DNA of 64,000 nucleotides from Alphaproteobacteria bacterium (GCA_030425825.1 JAUHZY010000001.1:1542834-1606833); one strand, 5' to 3'. Positions 21,385 through 31,267 are shown, counted from the first letter of the stretch. The notes: a model not told the origin generated them from the letters alone. Numbers and translations are program-made.

Positions 21385-22359
21385 ATGCAACCAAATATTA
21401 TGTCTTGGCGCGGGGTTTGGCCTCGGTTTGATGACAGTGTTTACATTGCGCCTTCTAGCTCTGTGATCGGTGCTGTTGAGATTGGTGAGGGAAGCTCGAT
21501 CTGGTTTGACTGTACTGTACGTGGCGATGTGAATTATATCAGAATCGGTAAGCGCACAAATATACAGGACGGGACAATTATCCATGTTACGCGTGAAACG
21601 CACCCAACAATTGTTGGTGATGATGTGACGATTGGTCATTCGGTTACGCTGCATGGTTGTACACTTCAAGATGGTTGCTTGATTGGGATGGGTGCAACGG
21701 TGATGGATGGTGCTGTTGTTGAGACGGGTGCTATGGTCGCTGCAGGGGCGCTTGTCACACCAAACAAAGTTGTAAAATCAGGTGAAGTTTGGGGAGGCTC
21801 TCCTGCTAAAATGTTGCGTGAAATAAAGCAAGAAGAGGCTGATGATATTCCTGCTTCTGCAAAGCGCTATCAAGGTTGGGCTGCTGAATATGTTGAACAG
21901 GCACGTGCTGGCACAGTTGTTGAAATTAAACGTTTAGAGAATGGTGAAGGCCTTGGCTTGCCATTTAAAGGAACAGATTTGGCTGCTGGTTTTGACGTGC
22001 ATTCAGCGGAAAATGTTACATTGGAAGCTGGTGAACGTAAACTTGTTGCAAGTGGATTTGCTGTTGCTTTGCCGGACGGGTGGGAAATGCAAGTGCGTCC
22101 ACGTTCAGGACTAGCGTTTAAGAACGGTCTTACTGTTTTAAACTCACCAGGCACCATTGATGCAGATTATCGCGGAGAGGTGAAGATTTTACTTCTTAAT
22201 ACTTCGAATGAAGCCTTTAAAATTGAGCGCGGCATGCGTATTGCTCAGTTGGTTGTCACAGAAGTAAAGCCTGTCTCGTTCCAAGAAGTACTTGAGCTTT
22301 CTGAGACAAATCGTGGTGCAGGCGGCTTTGGTTCAACAGGCGTGCAGGCGAAAGCTTAA
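21385..22359 (+). CDS. dut: Fusion: gamma-carbonic-anhydrase-like (YrdA/PaaY family) domain plus trimeric dUTPase
   Basis: N-terminal hexapeptide repeats with [25 protein letters not shown]-terminal dUTPase motifs [30 protein letters not shown]. Single uninterrupted frame. Confidence 0.92.
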   Translation: MQPNIMSWRGVWPRFDDSVYIAPSSSVIGAVEIGEGSSIWFDCTVRGDVNYIRIGKRTNIQDGTIIHVTRETHPTIVGDDVTIGHSVTLHGCTLQDGCLIGMGATVMDGAVVETGAMVAAGALVTPNKVVKSGEVWGGSPAKMLREIKQEEADDIPASAKRYQGWAAEYVEQARAGTVVEIKRLENGEGLGLPFKGTDLAAGFDVHSAENVTLEAGERKLVASGFAVALPDGWEMQVRPRSGLAFKNGLTVLNSPGTIDADYRGEVKILLLNTSNEAFKIERGMRIAQLVVTEVKPVSFQEVLELSETNRGAGGFGSTGVQAKA

Positions 22360-23093
22360 TACTCGACCTTAACAAAGTACAATCCTTCAGGTGGTGCTGT
22401 GGGGCCAGCAACTGTACGGTCTTTGGCGTCTAAGGCGACTTTCAAATCTTCTTTTGTCCATTTTTCTTCGCCGACCAAAGCAAGCGTTCCAACAAAATTC
22501 CTGATTTGGTTGTAAAGGAATGATCTAGCACTTGCCGTGATATGAATTTCTTCGTCAACACGTTTCACATCTAATTTATCTAGTGTTTTGATAGGTGATT
22601 TGGCTTGGCAAGCAACATTGCGGAAGCTGGTGAAGTCGTGATGACCAACCAGAATTTGTGCAGCATCATGCATAGCATCGACATTTAATTTGCGTGGAAA
22701 AAACCATGTATGATCACGTGTGAGTGTCAAGGGTGCGTGACGGTTATGAATGCGGTAAAGATAGTGTCTTTTGACGGCGCTGTGACGCGCATGAAAATCA
22801 TCAGGAACTTCTTCAACATTAAGAATCGCAACGCGGTTGGGTTTTAGATGAAAATTCACAGCGCCTTTAATCACCTCTGGATCTTGTGCGTCTTGTAAGT
22901 CTACATGGGCAACCATTCCCAGCGCATGAACGCCTGAATCCGTACGCCCCATTCCGTAGGCTAAAACTTTCTCTCCACAAAAGCCGTGAAATGCTTCTTC
23001 GATCAATTGTTGGATTGCGATACCATTTTCTTGGCGTTGCCAACCGACAAAGCCTGTTCCCTGATATTCAATAGTAAGCTTATAGCGTGGCAT
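22356..23093 (-). CDS. truA: tRNA pseudouridine(38-40) synthase
   Basis: [30 protein letters not shown]. Confidence 0.97.
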   Translation of the reverse strand: MPRYKLTIEYQGTGFVGWQRQENGIAIQQLIEEAFHGFCGEKVLAYGMGRTDSGVHALGMVAHVDLQDAQDPEVIKGAVNFHLKPNRVAILNVEEVPDDFHARHSAVKRHYLYRIHNRHAPLTLTRDHTWFFPRKLNVDAMHDAAQILVGHHDFTSFRNVACQAKSPIKTLDKLDVKRVDEEIHITASARSFLYNQIRNFVGTLALVGEEKWTKEDLKVALDAKDRTVAGPTAPPEGLYFVKVEY

Positions 23094-23821
23094 TAGGCAT
23101 CAGGTGTGTCTTCAGCCACAACTTCATTGCCTGGGCGTACAGAAATAACGCGTGTCGGGTCAATCTGCAGAGGGCCGATTGTCAGGAATGTGCCTTCTTC
23201 ACCAGGAACTACTTGATCAACACGTCCGATAGAGCGGATTTCTGTGGCAATACTGTCATTGTCTTCATTATAAGCAGTGACACGAAGAGAGTAAACGCCA
23301 TCATCTTGCTGTACATTATTGTTGCCGAGACCATCCCATGTCGCACCATGTCCGCCAGCGCTTAGATTTTCAAGTTCTTCGTTATAAACCACAGTGCCAT
23401 CGCCTGTATAAATTTCAATTTTTACACGATCTGCATTTTCTTCAAGGTCAAATAAAAACTCACCATGGCTGTCTTCTACATTTAAGTAGCTACTTGCAAA
23501 TTCAACATTTTTACCAAGGAAACCAAGCGCGTAAGAGACTTGGCTTTGTTCATTAATGGCAATTAAGTCATCCATTTTCTGATTGGTCTGGATTTGTTTT
23601 TCAATACCAGCAAATTGTACAAGTTGTTTTGTAAACTCTTGTGCATCCATAGGCTCAGTTGGATCTTGGTTTTGCAGCTGCGTTGTCAAAATATCAAGAA
23701 ATGTGTTTAAATCTTCACCAAAAGTGATGATGTCTTCTTGGGTTTTTTGTGATTGTGTTGACGACTTATTCGTGAGGTCTTGGACAAAGTTTGTTAACTC
23801 TGGTGTTGTTGTTAATGCCAT
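23093..23821 (-). CDS. flgD: Flagellar hook capping protein FlgD
   Basis: FLDILTTQLQNQDPTEPMD...QLVQF and WDG motif. Confidence 0.95.
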   Translation of the reverse strand: MALTTTPELTNFVQDLTNKSSTQSQKTQEDIITFGEDLNTFLDILTTQLQNQDPTEPMDAQEFTKQLVQFAGIEKQIQTNQKMDDLIAINEQSQVSYALGFLGKNVEFASSYLNVEDSHGEFLFDLEENADRVKIEIYTGDGTVVYNEELENLSAGGHGATWDGLGNNNVQQDDGVYSLRVTAYNEDNDSIATEIRSIGRVDQVVPGEEGTFLTIGPLQIDPTRVISVRPGNEVVAEDTPDA

Positions 23822-23832
23822 TATATTTCTCC

Positions 23833-25989
23833 TTAAACAACCATATTAATACGTGTGTTGATTTTATGTGCTAACGCAGAATAAGCTAATTCAGTTGGTG
23901 ACAAGTGACTCATATCTTCAACAAGTTCTTCAAAACTTGTTTCTTCAAGGTTTTTGTTATTTGCATGCTCAGCAAGACCTTTCTTATGACCTTCTGGGTC
24001 TTGTTGATTCTGGTTCATGCTGAAGTTTAGGTTTTGATCTTCTGCTTCAAGGCCTGCATTCTGAAATGCTTGTATCAGGCCAGTTGTATCTTGCTTTAGA
24101 AGGCGCAGTGTTTCAGGCTCGCTTGCAGAAATATTTGCTTTGACTGTGCCGTTTTTAGCCACTTCAAATTGAATATCAACCTTTCCAAGATTTGCAGGGT
24201 CCAGTTTTATAGAGATTTTATCCGCATTTCCTTCAAATGCTTTTTGAATCTTCAAGGCAATTTGTTCTGTTGGTGTGGGATATGAAAATCCGCGCGCTGT
24301 GCCTGTAAACGCTGTGTTGGCAACTGTTGAGCTCAGTGCGCTTGTTGCTGTTGTTTGCGTGGGTTGGAAAGAAGAAGGCGTGACTTCCATTGATTCAAGG
24401 AATGTCGCGAAATTTTTCAGCGTGTGATTACTTAACACTGCATCTTGCTGGCCAAATGTCATTTTGCCAGGTGTGTAAGATTTTAAGAATGTGTCGCTGT
24501 CTCTGTTCTGCGCATCTTGTTGTAAGTTTTGCTGCTGGTTATTTGATGAGAGATTCGCTCTTTCTTTTTGATTTGCGTTACTTGTTTCTGTGCGCTCAAT
24601 TTTGCGTCCAACAATTTCTTCTACGTCTGCTTCTAAGCCATCAGCATTTTGTGCATCTTGTTGCGCTTGGGCGCCGTAGGTTTGGATGGTGTTTTGTGTT
24701 GTAATCTCATTTACTTCTTCAAGAACCTCTATATCAACTCTTTCAACATTTTCTTGCACAACTTTTATTTGATTTACTTCTTCGGTAGGAATTTCTTCGT
24801 CACTGTCTATCCTTAAATCTTCAGATGTGCCACCTAATAGTGTATTTTTTGGCTCTTCATGCGTCATCTCTTCTGCACTGTTCGTGACATCATTCAGCGC
24901 AATCTGTTCTAACTCGATATTTTTTGTGTTGTTTGGTGTTTCTTTATGAACTGTAATCGTCACATTATCGACGTCCAGGTCTTGGATCGCAGCAAAAGGA
25001 GATGCTTCATTACTGACCGTTTTTAAGGCTTCTGTTCCTTGGTGTTGAACCTTAACAATAGGTTGGCTTGTTTGTGTGGGTGCTTTTTGTTCTTGTTTTG
25101 TTTGAGAAGAGCCCTTTTGAACATTTTCTTGTGAAATAACAAAATTATTTGCATTTTCAGCTTTTTGAACTTGAACTTGAACTTGAGTTTGATGCTGATG
25201 CTGAACAGTTTCTTTTGAAGTGTTGTTGAAAAGGCCTTCAGCAGGCTTGTTTTGTCCTGTGTGTAAGGTGTCAGGGGTTGTTTTTTGTGTTGCTGTTGCT
25301 TGTGGCTCTTCTGTTTGCGAGGCCTGCTGTGAAGCTTGAGGAGAAGAAGTGCCTTCTGAAAAAGCAATGTGATTTATAGGCTTTTGAGAGGCTTTTTGTG
25401 GTGTTTCGCTTTCTAATAAAGTAAAGATTTTTTGTGTGAGCTCTTCCTTTTTTTCTGGTGGAAGAGGTTGGGCAAGTTCTTGAAGTGTTTGAAGAATAGA
25501 TGCAACAAAATCATTCGTATTTTCTGCATTCTCTGCTTTAGTAAAACTATTCCCATTTTCTTGCTCAGACGATAAGAAAGCGATCAGCTCATCAGCTTCT
25601 AAGTCTTCTAAAGAATCCAGATTAAAGCTTGTTTGTTCTTTGAGAAAGTTCTCAATAAGCGCTTTTAACTGGCTTAGGAGGGCGCTATCTATGTTTGTTT
25701 CAGATTCTGTTGTCAGCTTAGCTTCTAACTGTTGTAAGGCGTTTTGAAGTTCTTCAATGCCCAGAGATTGAATGTTTTCTGGAATAGGTTTTTCTTGTGT
25801 ACTTTGTAGAAGCCCTGCAAAAGGAGAGAGAGAGGCCGTTTGCACTGCATTTTCAGGGTTTGTGGCGCTTTGTGACGTAGAAAGAGCGCCAACAAGACCA
25901 TTAACACGAATGCCACTTTTCGCAACACCAGCACCCTGTGTGCTTTGCTGAGCAACGTTGTTAAGAATATTATCAAGGACTTGTAGCAT
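23833..25989 (-). CDS. fliK: Flagellar hook-length control protein FliK (718 aa)
   Basis: Long low-complexity N-terminus, C-terminal IKLDPANLGKVDI domain, directly upstream of flgD. Confidence 0.9.
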   Translation of the reverse strand: MLQVLDNILNNVAQQSTQGAGVAKSGIRVNGLVGALSTSQSATNPENAVQTASLSPFAGLLQSTQEKPIPENIQSLGIEELQNALQQLEAKLTTESETNIDSALLSQLKALIENFLKEQTSFNLDSLEDLEADELIAFLSSEQENGNSFTKAENAENTNDFVASILQTLQELAQPLPPEKKEELTQKIFTLLESETPQKASQKPINHIAFSEGTSSPQASQQASQTEEPQATATQKTTPDTLHTGQNKPAEGLFNNTSKETVQHQHQTQVQVQVQKAENANNFVISQENVQKGSSQTKQEQKAPTQTSQPIVKVQHQGTEALKTVSNEASPFAAIQDLDVDNVTITVHKETPNNTKNIELEQIALNDVTNSAEEMTHEEPKNTLLGGTSEDLRIDSDEEIPTEEVNQIKVVQENVERVDIEVLEEVNEITTQNTIQTYGAQAQQDAQNADGLEADVEEIVGRKIERTETSNANQKERANLSSNNQQQNLQQDAQNRDSDTFLKSYTPGKMTFGQQDAVLSNHTLKNFATFLESMEVTPSSFQPTQTTATSALSSTVANTAFTGTARGFSYPTPTEQIALKIQKAFEGNADKISIKLDPANLGKVDIQFEVAKNGTVKANISASEPETLRLLKQDTTGLIQAFQNAGLEAEDQNLNFSMNQNQQDPEGHKKGLAEHANNKNLEETSFEELVEDMSHLSPTELAYSALAHKINTRINMVV

Positions 25990-26065
25990 AAATTTCTCTC
26001 TCTAAAGGTCACCAAAACCTGAGAGATCACATGCATTTATTATGCCAAATCATGTAAAAAATCAT

Positions 26066-27310
26066 TTAAATAGAGGATATTCGAGAGGATTTTGCGTTAT
26101 AAATCTCAGAAACGATATTAACGCTTGGTGCGGGTGGTGCTTCTATGGCGCTTGCTTGATTTTTTGCGGCAACGTTAATATAGCGCCCGCGATAGTCTAT
26201 CAGCCTGTAGCTTTTAGGGTTTTTATCCATCTTCAGGTCGGTTACTTTTCCTGATTGTGTGTTTGTGTTGGCGTTGGTGTTTTTCACAAACTCATGGTTA
26301 ACCTCAACTTTTAAGCCAATAGCTTTTAGATTGCGGTTTTGTTGTTTTGCGATCGCTTTTGAAAGACGTCCGATCTTTTTACCCTTAGCAGGCGTGTTGT
26401 TGTTTTGGGCGGCAAATATAGCTTTTTGCATGCCTCTACTTTGCTTGCTTGCTAAGATGTTTTGCATCGCCTTAGTATTCATGCTTGATTTTTGTACGCG
26501 TGTGTTCAGTTTTTTAGAAAGTTGCTTTGCTTGAGATGATCTGGCAACGGTCGCTGATCTTGCCAGCAGTTTCTTTTGTTTCTGGCTAAGTCCTTTAAAA
26601 AGGTTCGCTCGTACTTTTGTTTGCACAGATTTTTTTGGTTTTTTTGCGGGTGCTTTTTGCGCTTTTTGTTGAGGTGTGACGAGTTTCACCTGTTGTGACT
26701 GCTCTTTTACATTTGTATCAACTTTATGTGTGCCGCCTTCTTCTTCACCGGTCCTTTTTCCCATGCTGGTGCTTAAATTCAAGCCATTTCTTTCTAGCTC
26801 GCTGTCAACAGCGTTTTCTGTGCTAATTTGTGCCTGTCTGGCATCTGGTTTTGGCAGCTCAATATCGTTTGGTTCAAAGTCTTTCTGAGCAGGTTCAGCG
26901 TGTTGTGCAGGCACATCTGCTTCCATCGACATTTCAGCAATTTCTGGTGATTTTAGGCTGTCTTCAATTTTTTTCATGTCATTTAGAGCCTTGGTTTGTT
27001 CGAAAGCTTCTAAAGTTTGAAAAAGAAGAGCAGAGCTTGGTAGCAGATCTTTTTTGTGGGGTGTTTCTAGACCTTTTGCATCATATTTCGAGATTTGTTT
27101 ATCGCGCAGCTTTGAACGTTGTTGTTGTGACACAAGACGGAGTTTTTCAACTTCAACGACAGATACGCCAAGTTTTTTTGCATATTGTTCTAGATCTTTA
27201 TCATGGATGTAATCTCGGACTGAAGGGTTTTTCCCAGCCGCCTTTTTGCGCCGCGCTGCTTGGCGGGCTTCTGGACTGACAACTGATTTAAGTTTAGAAA
27301 ATAGACCCAT
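26066..27310 (-). CDS. Orphan Lys/Gln-rich hypothetical protein (414 aa)
   Basis: Long ORF with AGGTG SD and upstream TGATATAAT. No family recognised. Confidence 0.75.
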   Translation of the reverse strand: MGLFSKLKSVVSPEARQAARRKKAAGKNPSVRDYIHDKDLEQYAKKLGVSVVEVEKLRLVSQQQRSKLRDKQISKYDAKGLETPHKKDLLPSSALLFQTLEAFEQTKALNDMKKIEDSLKSPEIAEMSMEADVPAQHAEPAQKDFEPNDIELPKPDARQAQISTENAVDSELERNGLNLSTSMGKRTGEEEGGTHKVDTNVKEQSQQVKLVTPQQKAQKAPAKKPKKSVQTKVRANLFKGLSQKQKKLLARSATVARSSQAKQLSKKLNTRVQKSSMNTKAMQNILASKQSRGMQKAIFAAQNNNTPAKGKKIGRLSKAIAKQQNRNLKAIGLKVEVNHEFVKNTNANTNTQSGKVTDLKMDKNPKSYRLIDYRGRYINVAAKNQASAIEAPPAPSVNIVSEIYNAKSSRISSI

Positions 27311-27374
27311 ATATCACCTAATTTAATTCCACATTGTATCTTATTGTGGAGATGTTTATACTCATTTCCTAATA

Positions 27375-27383
27375 ATTATATCA
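27375..27383 (-). promoter_or_regulatory. Extended -10 promoter element
   Basis: TGATATAAT on the minus strand, upstream of the orphan-fliK-flgD-truA run. Confidence 0.5.
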
Positions 27384-27422
27384 CAAATAAGACATTTTTA
27401 CCATAGCTGGGGGAAGTTCCAA

Positions 27423-28364
27423 TTGACAATTCTTAATCAAGCCACAAATCCTTTCTTGGCGCCAGATACAACATGCTCATCAAAAGATGTTTTTGGTCTT
27501 AAAAAAGACATAAAAGTACCAGCATACACAAAACCTAATGACTATGTGCCTGCTGTTGATGAAATGTATCGCTTTGATGAAGCAACAACGCTGTCAATTC
27601 TTGCAGGGTTCAAACATAATCGTCGTGTTTTAGTGCAAGGGTATCATGGGACAGGAAAATCAACGCATATTGAACAAGTTGCGGCACGCCTAAACTGGCC
27701 TTGTTTGCGCATCAATCTAGATGGACATTTAACACGTATGGATTTGATCGGACGTGATGGCATTGCAATTGAAAATGGTAAGCAAGTAACCGTTTTCAAA
27801 GAGGGGATATTGCCATGGGCATTGCGCGTTGGCTGCGCTTTGATTTTGGATGAATATGATGCAGGTCGTCCTGATGTGATGTTTGTGATCCAGCGTGTCT
27901 TAGAAGCGGAAGGTAAGTTGACGCTTTTAGACCAAAATAAAATTATTACCCCACATCCTGTTTTTCGTCTTTTTGCGACCTCTAATACCGTGGGTTTAGG
28001 GGATATGACAGGCATGTACCATGGAACGCAGCAAATTAATCAGGGTCAAATGGATCGCTGGAATATTGTCGCCACGTTGAATTATCTTAATAAAGATGTA
28101 GAAGTTGATATTGTTGCAAAGAAAGTACCAAGTATTGATAAGTCTATTATTAAATCAATGGTATCGTTGGCCACGTTGACACGCTCTGGCTTTGCGGCAG
28201 GTGATCTTTCAACGGTTATGTCTCCGCGCACCGTCATTTCATGGGCTGAAAATCATGTTATTTTTGACGACTTGCGTCATTCTTTTGATTTAAGTTTTGC
28301 AAATAAATGCGAAGAAAGCGAAAGGGTTACGTTGGATGAGTATTACCAACGCTGCTTCGGATGA
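27423..28364 (+). CDS. cobS: CobS AAA+ subunit (cobaltochelatase family)
   Basis: QGYHGTGKSTHIEQVAARLNWP, DEYDAGRPDVMFVIQ. TTG start. Confidence 0.95.
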   Translation: MTILNQATNPFLAPDTTCSSKDVFGLKKDIKVPAYTKPNDYVPAVDEMYRFDEATTLSILAGFKHNRRVLVQGYHGTGKSTHIEQVAARLNWPCLRINLDGHLTRMDLIGRDGIAIENGKQVTVFKEGILPWALRVGCALILDEYDAGRPDVMFVIQRVLEAEGKLTLLDQNKIITPHPVFRLFATSNTVGLGDMTGMYHGTQQINQGQMDRWNIVATLNYLNKDVEVDIVAKKVPSIDKSIIKSMVSLATLTRSGFAAGDLSTVMSPRTVISWAENHVIFDDLRHSFDLSFANKCEESERVTLDEYYQRCFG

Positions 28365-30096
28365 CTTAAGTGACTTCCAACAAGCAACAGTTACGACGGC
28401 ACGTGCGCTGGCAGATGATGCAGACTTAGAAATTCTTTTTGAAGGGGATCACCCTTTCTATACACACAAGAAAATGACACTACCTGTAACAGGCGATGTC
28501 AGTGACTTGCGCGCATTCTCAGACATGCAGGCCCTTTTTCATCGATATCATAATCATCAAATTCACCAAGAAAACGCTTCAGATATATTTGAAGTTCAGG
28601 CTGTTATGGATGATGTCGAAAAATTACGTTGTGCGGCGATTGGTGCCACAGAAATGAATGGTGTTAAAAACAACCTTAAACACCTATACCAAAAAGAGCT
28701 TGCTGAAATACCATCAGGGCAAATTGATGCATCGCAGGCCCTGTCCTTTTTTTTGCAAGAAGCGTTGCTGTCTGTAGATTTGCCAGATGATATAGAAACC
28801 GCTTCTTCAGTTTTTCGTGAAATGCTAAAAAATGATGTGAAAGACCTGGTCTCTTCTATTCATCATCAAGATGCTTTCCAGCAGAAATTAAGACATATTC
28901 TCGATGGTTTTGGAACAGGTCATGGTGTTGAGGATGCTGTTTTTGAAGCTGGTGAACAAAAAGAAATAGGATCATCAGAAGATAACGCACCTGAAGCAGA
29001 AAACAATACACAACAAGATGAAGTTGCTGAATCTGACTCTATTGCTGCTCCTGCACTGCAAACAGGAACAGGTGAAACGCATGATGACATGGGTAAAAGA
29101 GTTGATGAGGCAAGCCATGACACAGCAAATCCAGAGCCGGGTGGCAGCCCAAGTGGTGAAGCTGTTGTTCAAGCTGAATCATATAAATTCTTCACAAATG
29201 CACATGATGAAGTACTTATTCCGCGTCAATATTTATCTCTTGAAGAGCTTCATGAGTTGCGCGCTCAATTGGATCGAAAAATGGCAGACCAGTCAAAAGT
29301 TGTCAGAAGGCTCGCACAAAAACTAAAGCGTAAATTACTGTCAAAACTAAACCGCACTTGGATGTATAATGAGGATGAAGGATATATTGATGGCACACGC
29401 CTGGCACGTATTGTTATTGATCCTTTTCAGTCACTTCCTCTTAAGCGAGAATCACAAGATACTTTAACAGATACAGTTGTCACGCTTCTGATTGATAATT
29501 CCGGATCCATGCGTGGAAGACCCATCGCGACGGCTGCGATGACAGCCGATATTTTGACGCAGACATTAGAACTTTGTGGCATCAAGACAGAGGTTATTGG
29601 TTTCACAACAGCTTCTTGGCGAGGCGGTAAGTCATTGGAGAAATGGCAAAAACAGGGTAAGCCCCTTGCGCCAGGTCGCCTCAATGATTTGCGTCATATT
29701 ATTTATAAAAAAGCTGATCAGCCTTGGCGGGGTGCGCGTTTGGGGTTTGGCATGATGCTTAAAGAAAACTTGTTGAAAGAAAATATTGATGGTGAGTCAT
29801 TGTTGTGGGCGTGTCATCGCCTGATCAAGCGCCCTGAAAAGCGTCGTATTCTTATTGTCGTTTCTGATGGCGCACCTGTTGACGACGCGACGCTTTCTCA
29901 AAATAAATCAGGGTATTTAGATCGTCATTTGCGCGACGTGATTACAGCAATAGAGTCCACGCCAAGTGTCGAGCTGCGCGCCATCGGCATTGGTCATGAT
30001 GTTGGTCGTTATTACCAAAAATCTGCTACAATCCAAACGGCAGATGACTTAGGGGAAACATTATTAAAAGAAATGGAAAGGTTGTTTAATGTCTAA
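28336..30096 (+). CDS. cobT: CobT subunit (acidic linker plus vWA domain)
   Basis: LLIDNSGSMRGRPI, PGRLNDLRHIIYK, LKENIDGE, SDGAPVDD. Confidence 0.93.
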   Translation: MSITNAASDDLSDFQQATVTTARALADDADLEILFEGDHPFYTHKKMTLPVTGDVSDLRAFSDMQALFHRYHNHQIHQENASDIFEVQAVMDDVEKLRCAAIGATEMNGVKNNLKHLYQKELAEIPSGQIDASQALSFFLQEALLSVDLPDDIETASSVFREMLKNDVKDLVSSIHHQDAFQQKLRHILDGFGTGHGVEDAVFEAGEQKEIGSSEDNAPEAENNTQQDEVAESDSIAAPALQTGTGETHDDMGKRVDEASHDTANPEPGGSPSGEAVVQAESYKFFTNAHDEVLIPRQYLSLEELHELRAQLDRKMADQSKVVRRLAQKLKRKLLSKLNRTWMYNEDEGYIDGTRLARIVIDPFQSLPLKRESQDTLTDTVVTLLIDNSGSMRGRPIATAAMTADILTQTLELCGIKTEVIGFTTASWRGGKSLEKWQKQGKPLAPGRLNDLRHIIYKKADQPWRGARLGFGMMLKENLLKENIDGESLLWACHRLIKRPEKRRILIVVSDGAPVDDATLSQNKSGYLDRHLRDVITAIESTPSVELRAIGIGHDVGRYYQKSATIQTADDLGETLLKEMERLFNV

Positions 30097-30226
30097 CGAA
30101 GAAGAATTAAAAAAGCAGAGAATGAAGCAAGAACGTGTTGCAGAGGCTCTGCGTGAGAACCTCCGCAAACGTAAAGAACAAATGCGTGCGCGTAAGACTG
30201 AAGTTAAAGAAAACACGCCAGAGTAA
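30089..30226 (+). CDS. Small basic conserved protein (45 aa; not in ORF track)
   Basis: Hand-translated MSNEEELKKQRMKQERVAEALRENLRKRKEQMRARKTEVKENTPE. Resembles the alphaproteobacterial RLAxALRxNLxRRKxQ peptides. Overlaps the cobT stop. Confidence 0.75.
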   Translation: MSNEEELKKQRMKQERVAEALRENLRKRKEQMRARKTEVKENTPE

Positions 30227-30230
30227 AGCT

Positions 30231-31058
30231 TTATCGTTCTTTTTTCTTTGCAAGTTCCGCACTTCTTTTCAAAGCAGCTTCCATTCCCTGATAAACCAAT
30301 TCTTGCAATTTTTTTGTCATGACCTCGCGTGCTGCTTGTGTTGTGCCACCTTTGCTGGTGACCATGTCTGCGATTGCGAGAAGCCCGTGGTTTTGTTCAC
30401 CATTTAACACAGTAATCGCTTGGAGATTTTGGCAGACAGCTTTTTCAGCAATGTCTCGTGGGAAGCCATTTTTTACAGCAGCTTCTAGCATCATATTTTC
30501 AAATAATGCCGAAATCCCCAAACCACTTGCAAAGTGAGCGACTGATTTTTCAACAAGCTCTTCGGAAACACGCTCGGCCATTCCGATTGATTGCAGCAGT
30601 TGCTTTACGAGCGCGCTTTGTTTTTGCGTGACAAATTGGTTTTCACAATAAAATGTTGTGCTTAACCCCAGGCTTGCCCCCAGCGTTGGCATGCTTCGTA
30701 TCACAGCTGTTTTCTTCGGAAGATGTTGCTCAAAAAAGGCTACGGTCTTTCCTGCGACAATACTTAAGGCAAAAGTGTTGGGTGTGATAAAAGATGTGTA
30801 TTCTTGTAATGTTTCTTCAATCACTTGAGGTTTCACACAAAAGATAAGTGCATCTGCTTTCAGTTTTTTTGGAAGCGTTTGCGCGTTGTGATAGAAACTT
30901 GCTTCAATGAACCCGCTTCTGTTTTTTTTGAGCGTATCAAAATGTTTGCCTTCATGATCAATAATATGAAGATGGTGTTGTCCTGATAGGTTTTTCTGGA
31001 AACCTTTTGCAAATGCGGACCCCATGTTTCCGCAACCGATAATAATAATATTAGACAT
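30231..31058 (-). CDS. proC: Pyrroline-5-carboxylate reductase
   Basis: IGCGNMG, CVKPQ, SIVAG, IRSMP, VTSKGGTT. Start moved to MSNIIIIG with AAGGGGA SD. Confidence 0.92.
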   Translation of the reverse strand: MSNIIIIGCGNMGSAFAKGFQKNLSGQHHLHIIDHEGKHFDTLKKNRSGFIEASFYHNAQTLPKKLKADALIFCVKPQVIEETLQEYTSFITPNTFALSIVAGKTVAFFEQHLPKKTAVIRSMPTLGASLGLSTTFYCENQFVTQKQSALVKQLLQSIGMAERVSEELVEKSVAHFASGLGISALFENMMLEAAVKNGFPRDIAEKAVCQNLQAITVLNGEQNHGLLAIADMVTSKGGTTQAAREVMTKKLQELVYQGMEAALKRSAELAKKKER

Positions 31059-31192
31059 AGCTGTCCCCTTTTTATTTTTATGCTTTTTTGCAAAAACGGT
31101 GAAACTGTTTGAATAGAATTCAGACGCATGTTTGCAATCAAGCAAATGTAAATAAATACAATAATTACAAAATTTTAGATAAGATTATGGTA

Positions 31193-31258
31193 TTACACCC
31201 CAAGGGGAGGAGGTGTGATTTTATAGATCGAAATATGGAATAATTTTACTTTAATCAT
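31193..31258 (-). CDS. Putative proC leader peptide MIKVKLFHISIYKITPPPLGV
   Basis: Hand-translated 21-codon ORF immediately after the promoter, containing CCT CCT CCC. Confidence 0.55.
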   Translation of the reverse strand: MIKVKLFHISIYKITPPPLGV

Positions 31259-31267
31259 AACAAGTTC

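Noticed and set aside
25165-25192. TTGAAC hexamer tandem repeat in fliK
   Set aside because: Only three to four in-frame units (QVQVQV) in a low-complexity ruler region; not a CRISPR or contingency locus.
27328-27350. TCCACA-N11-TGTGGA as DnaA boxes or an origin
   Set aside because: Poor matches to TTATCCACA in a short promoter region, with no other origin features.
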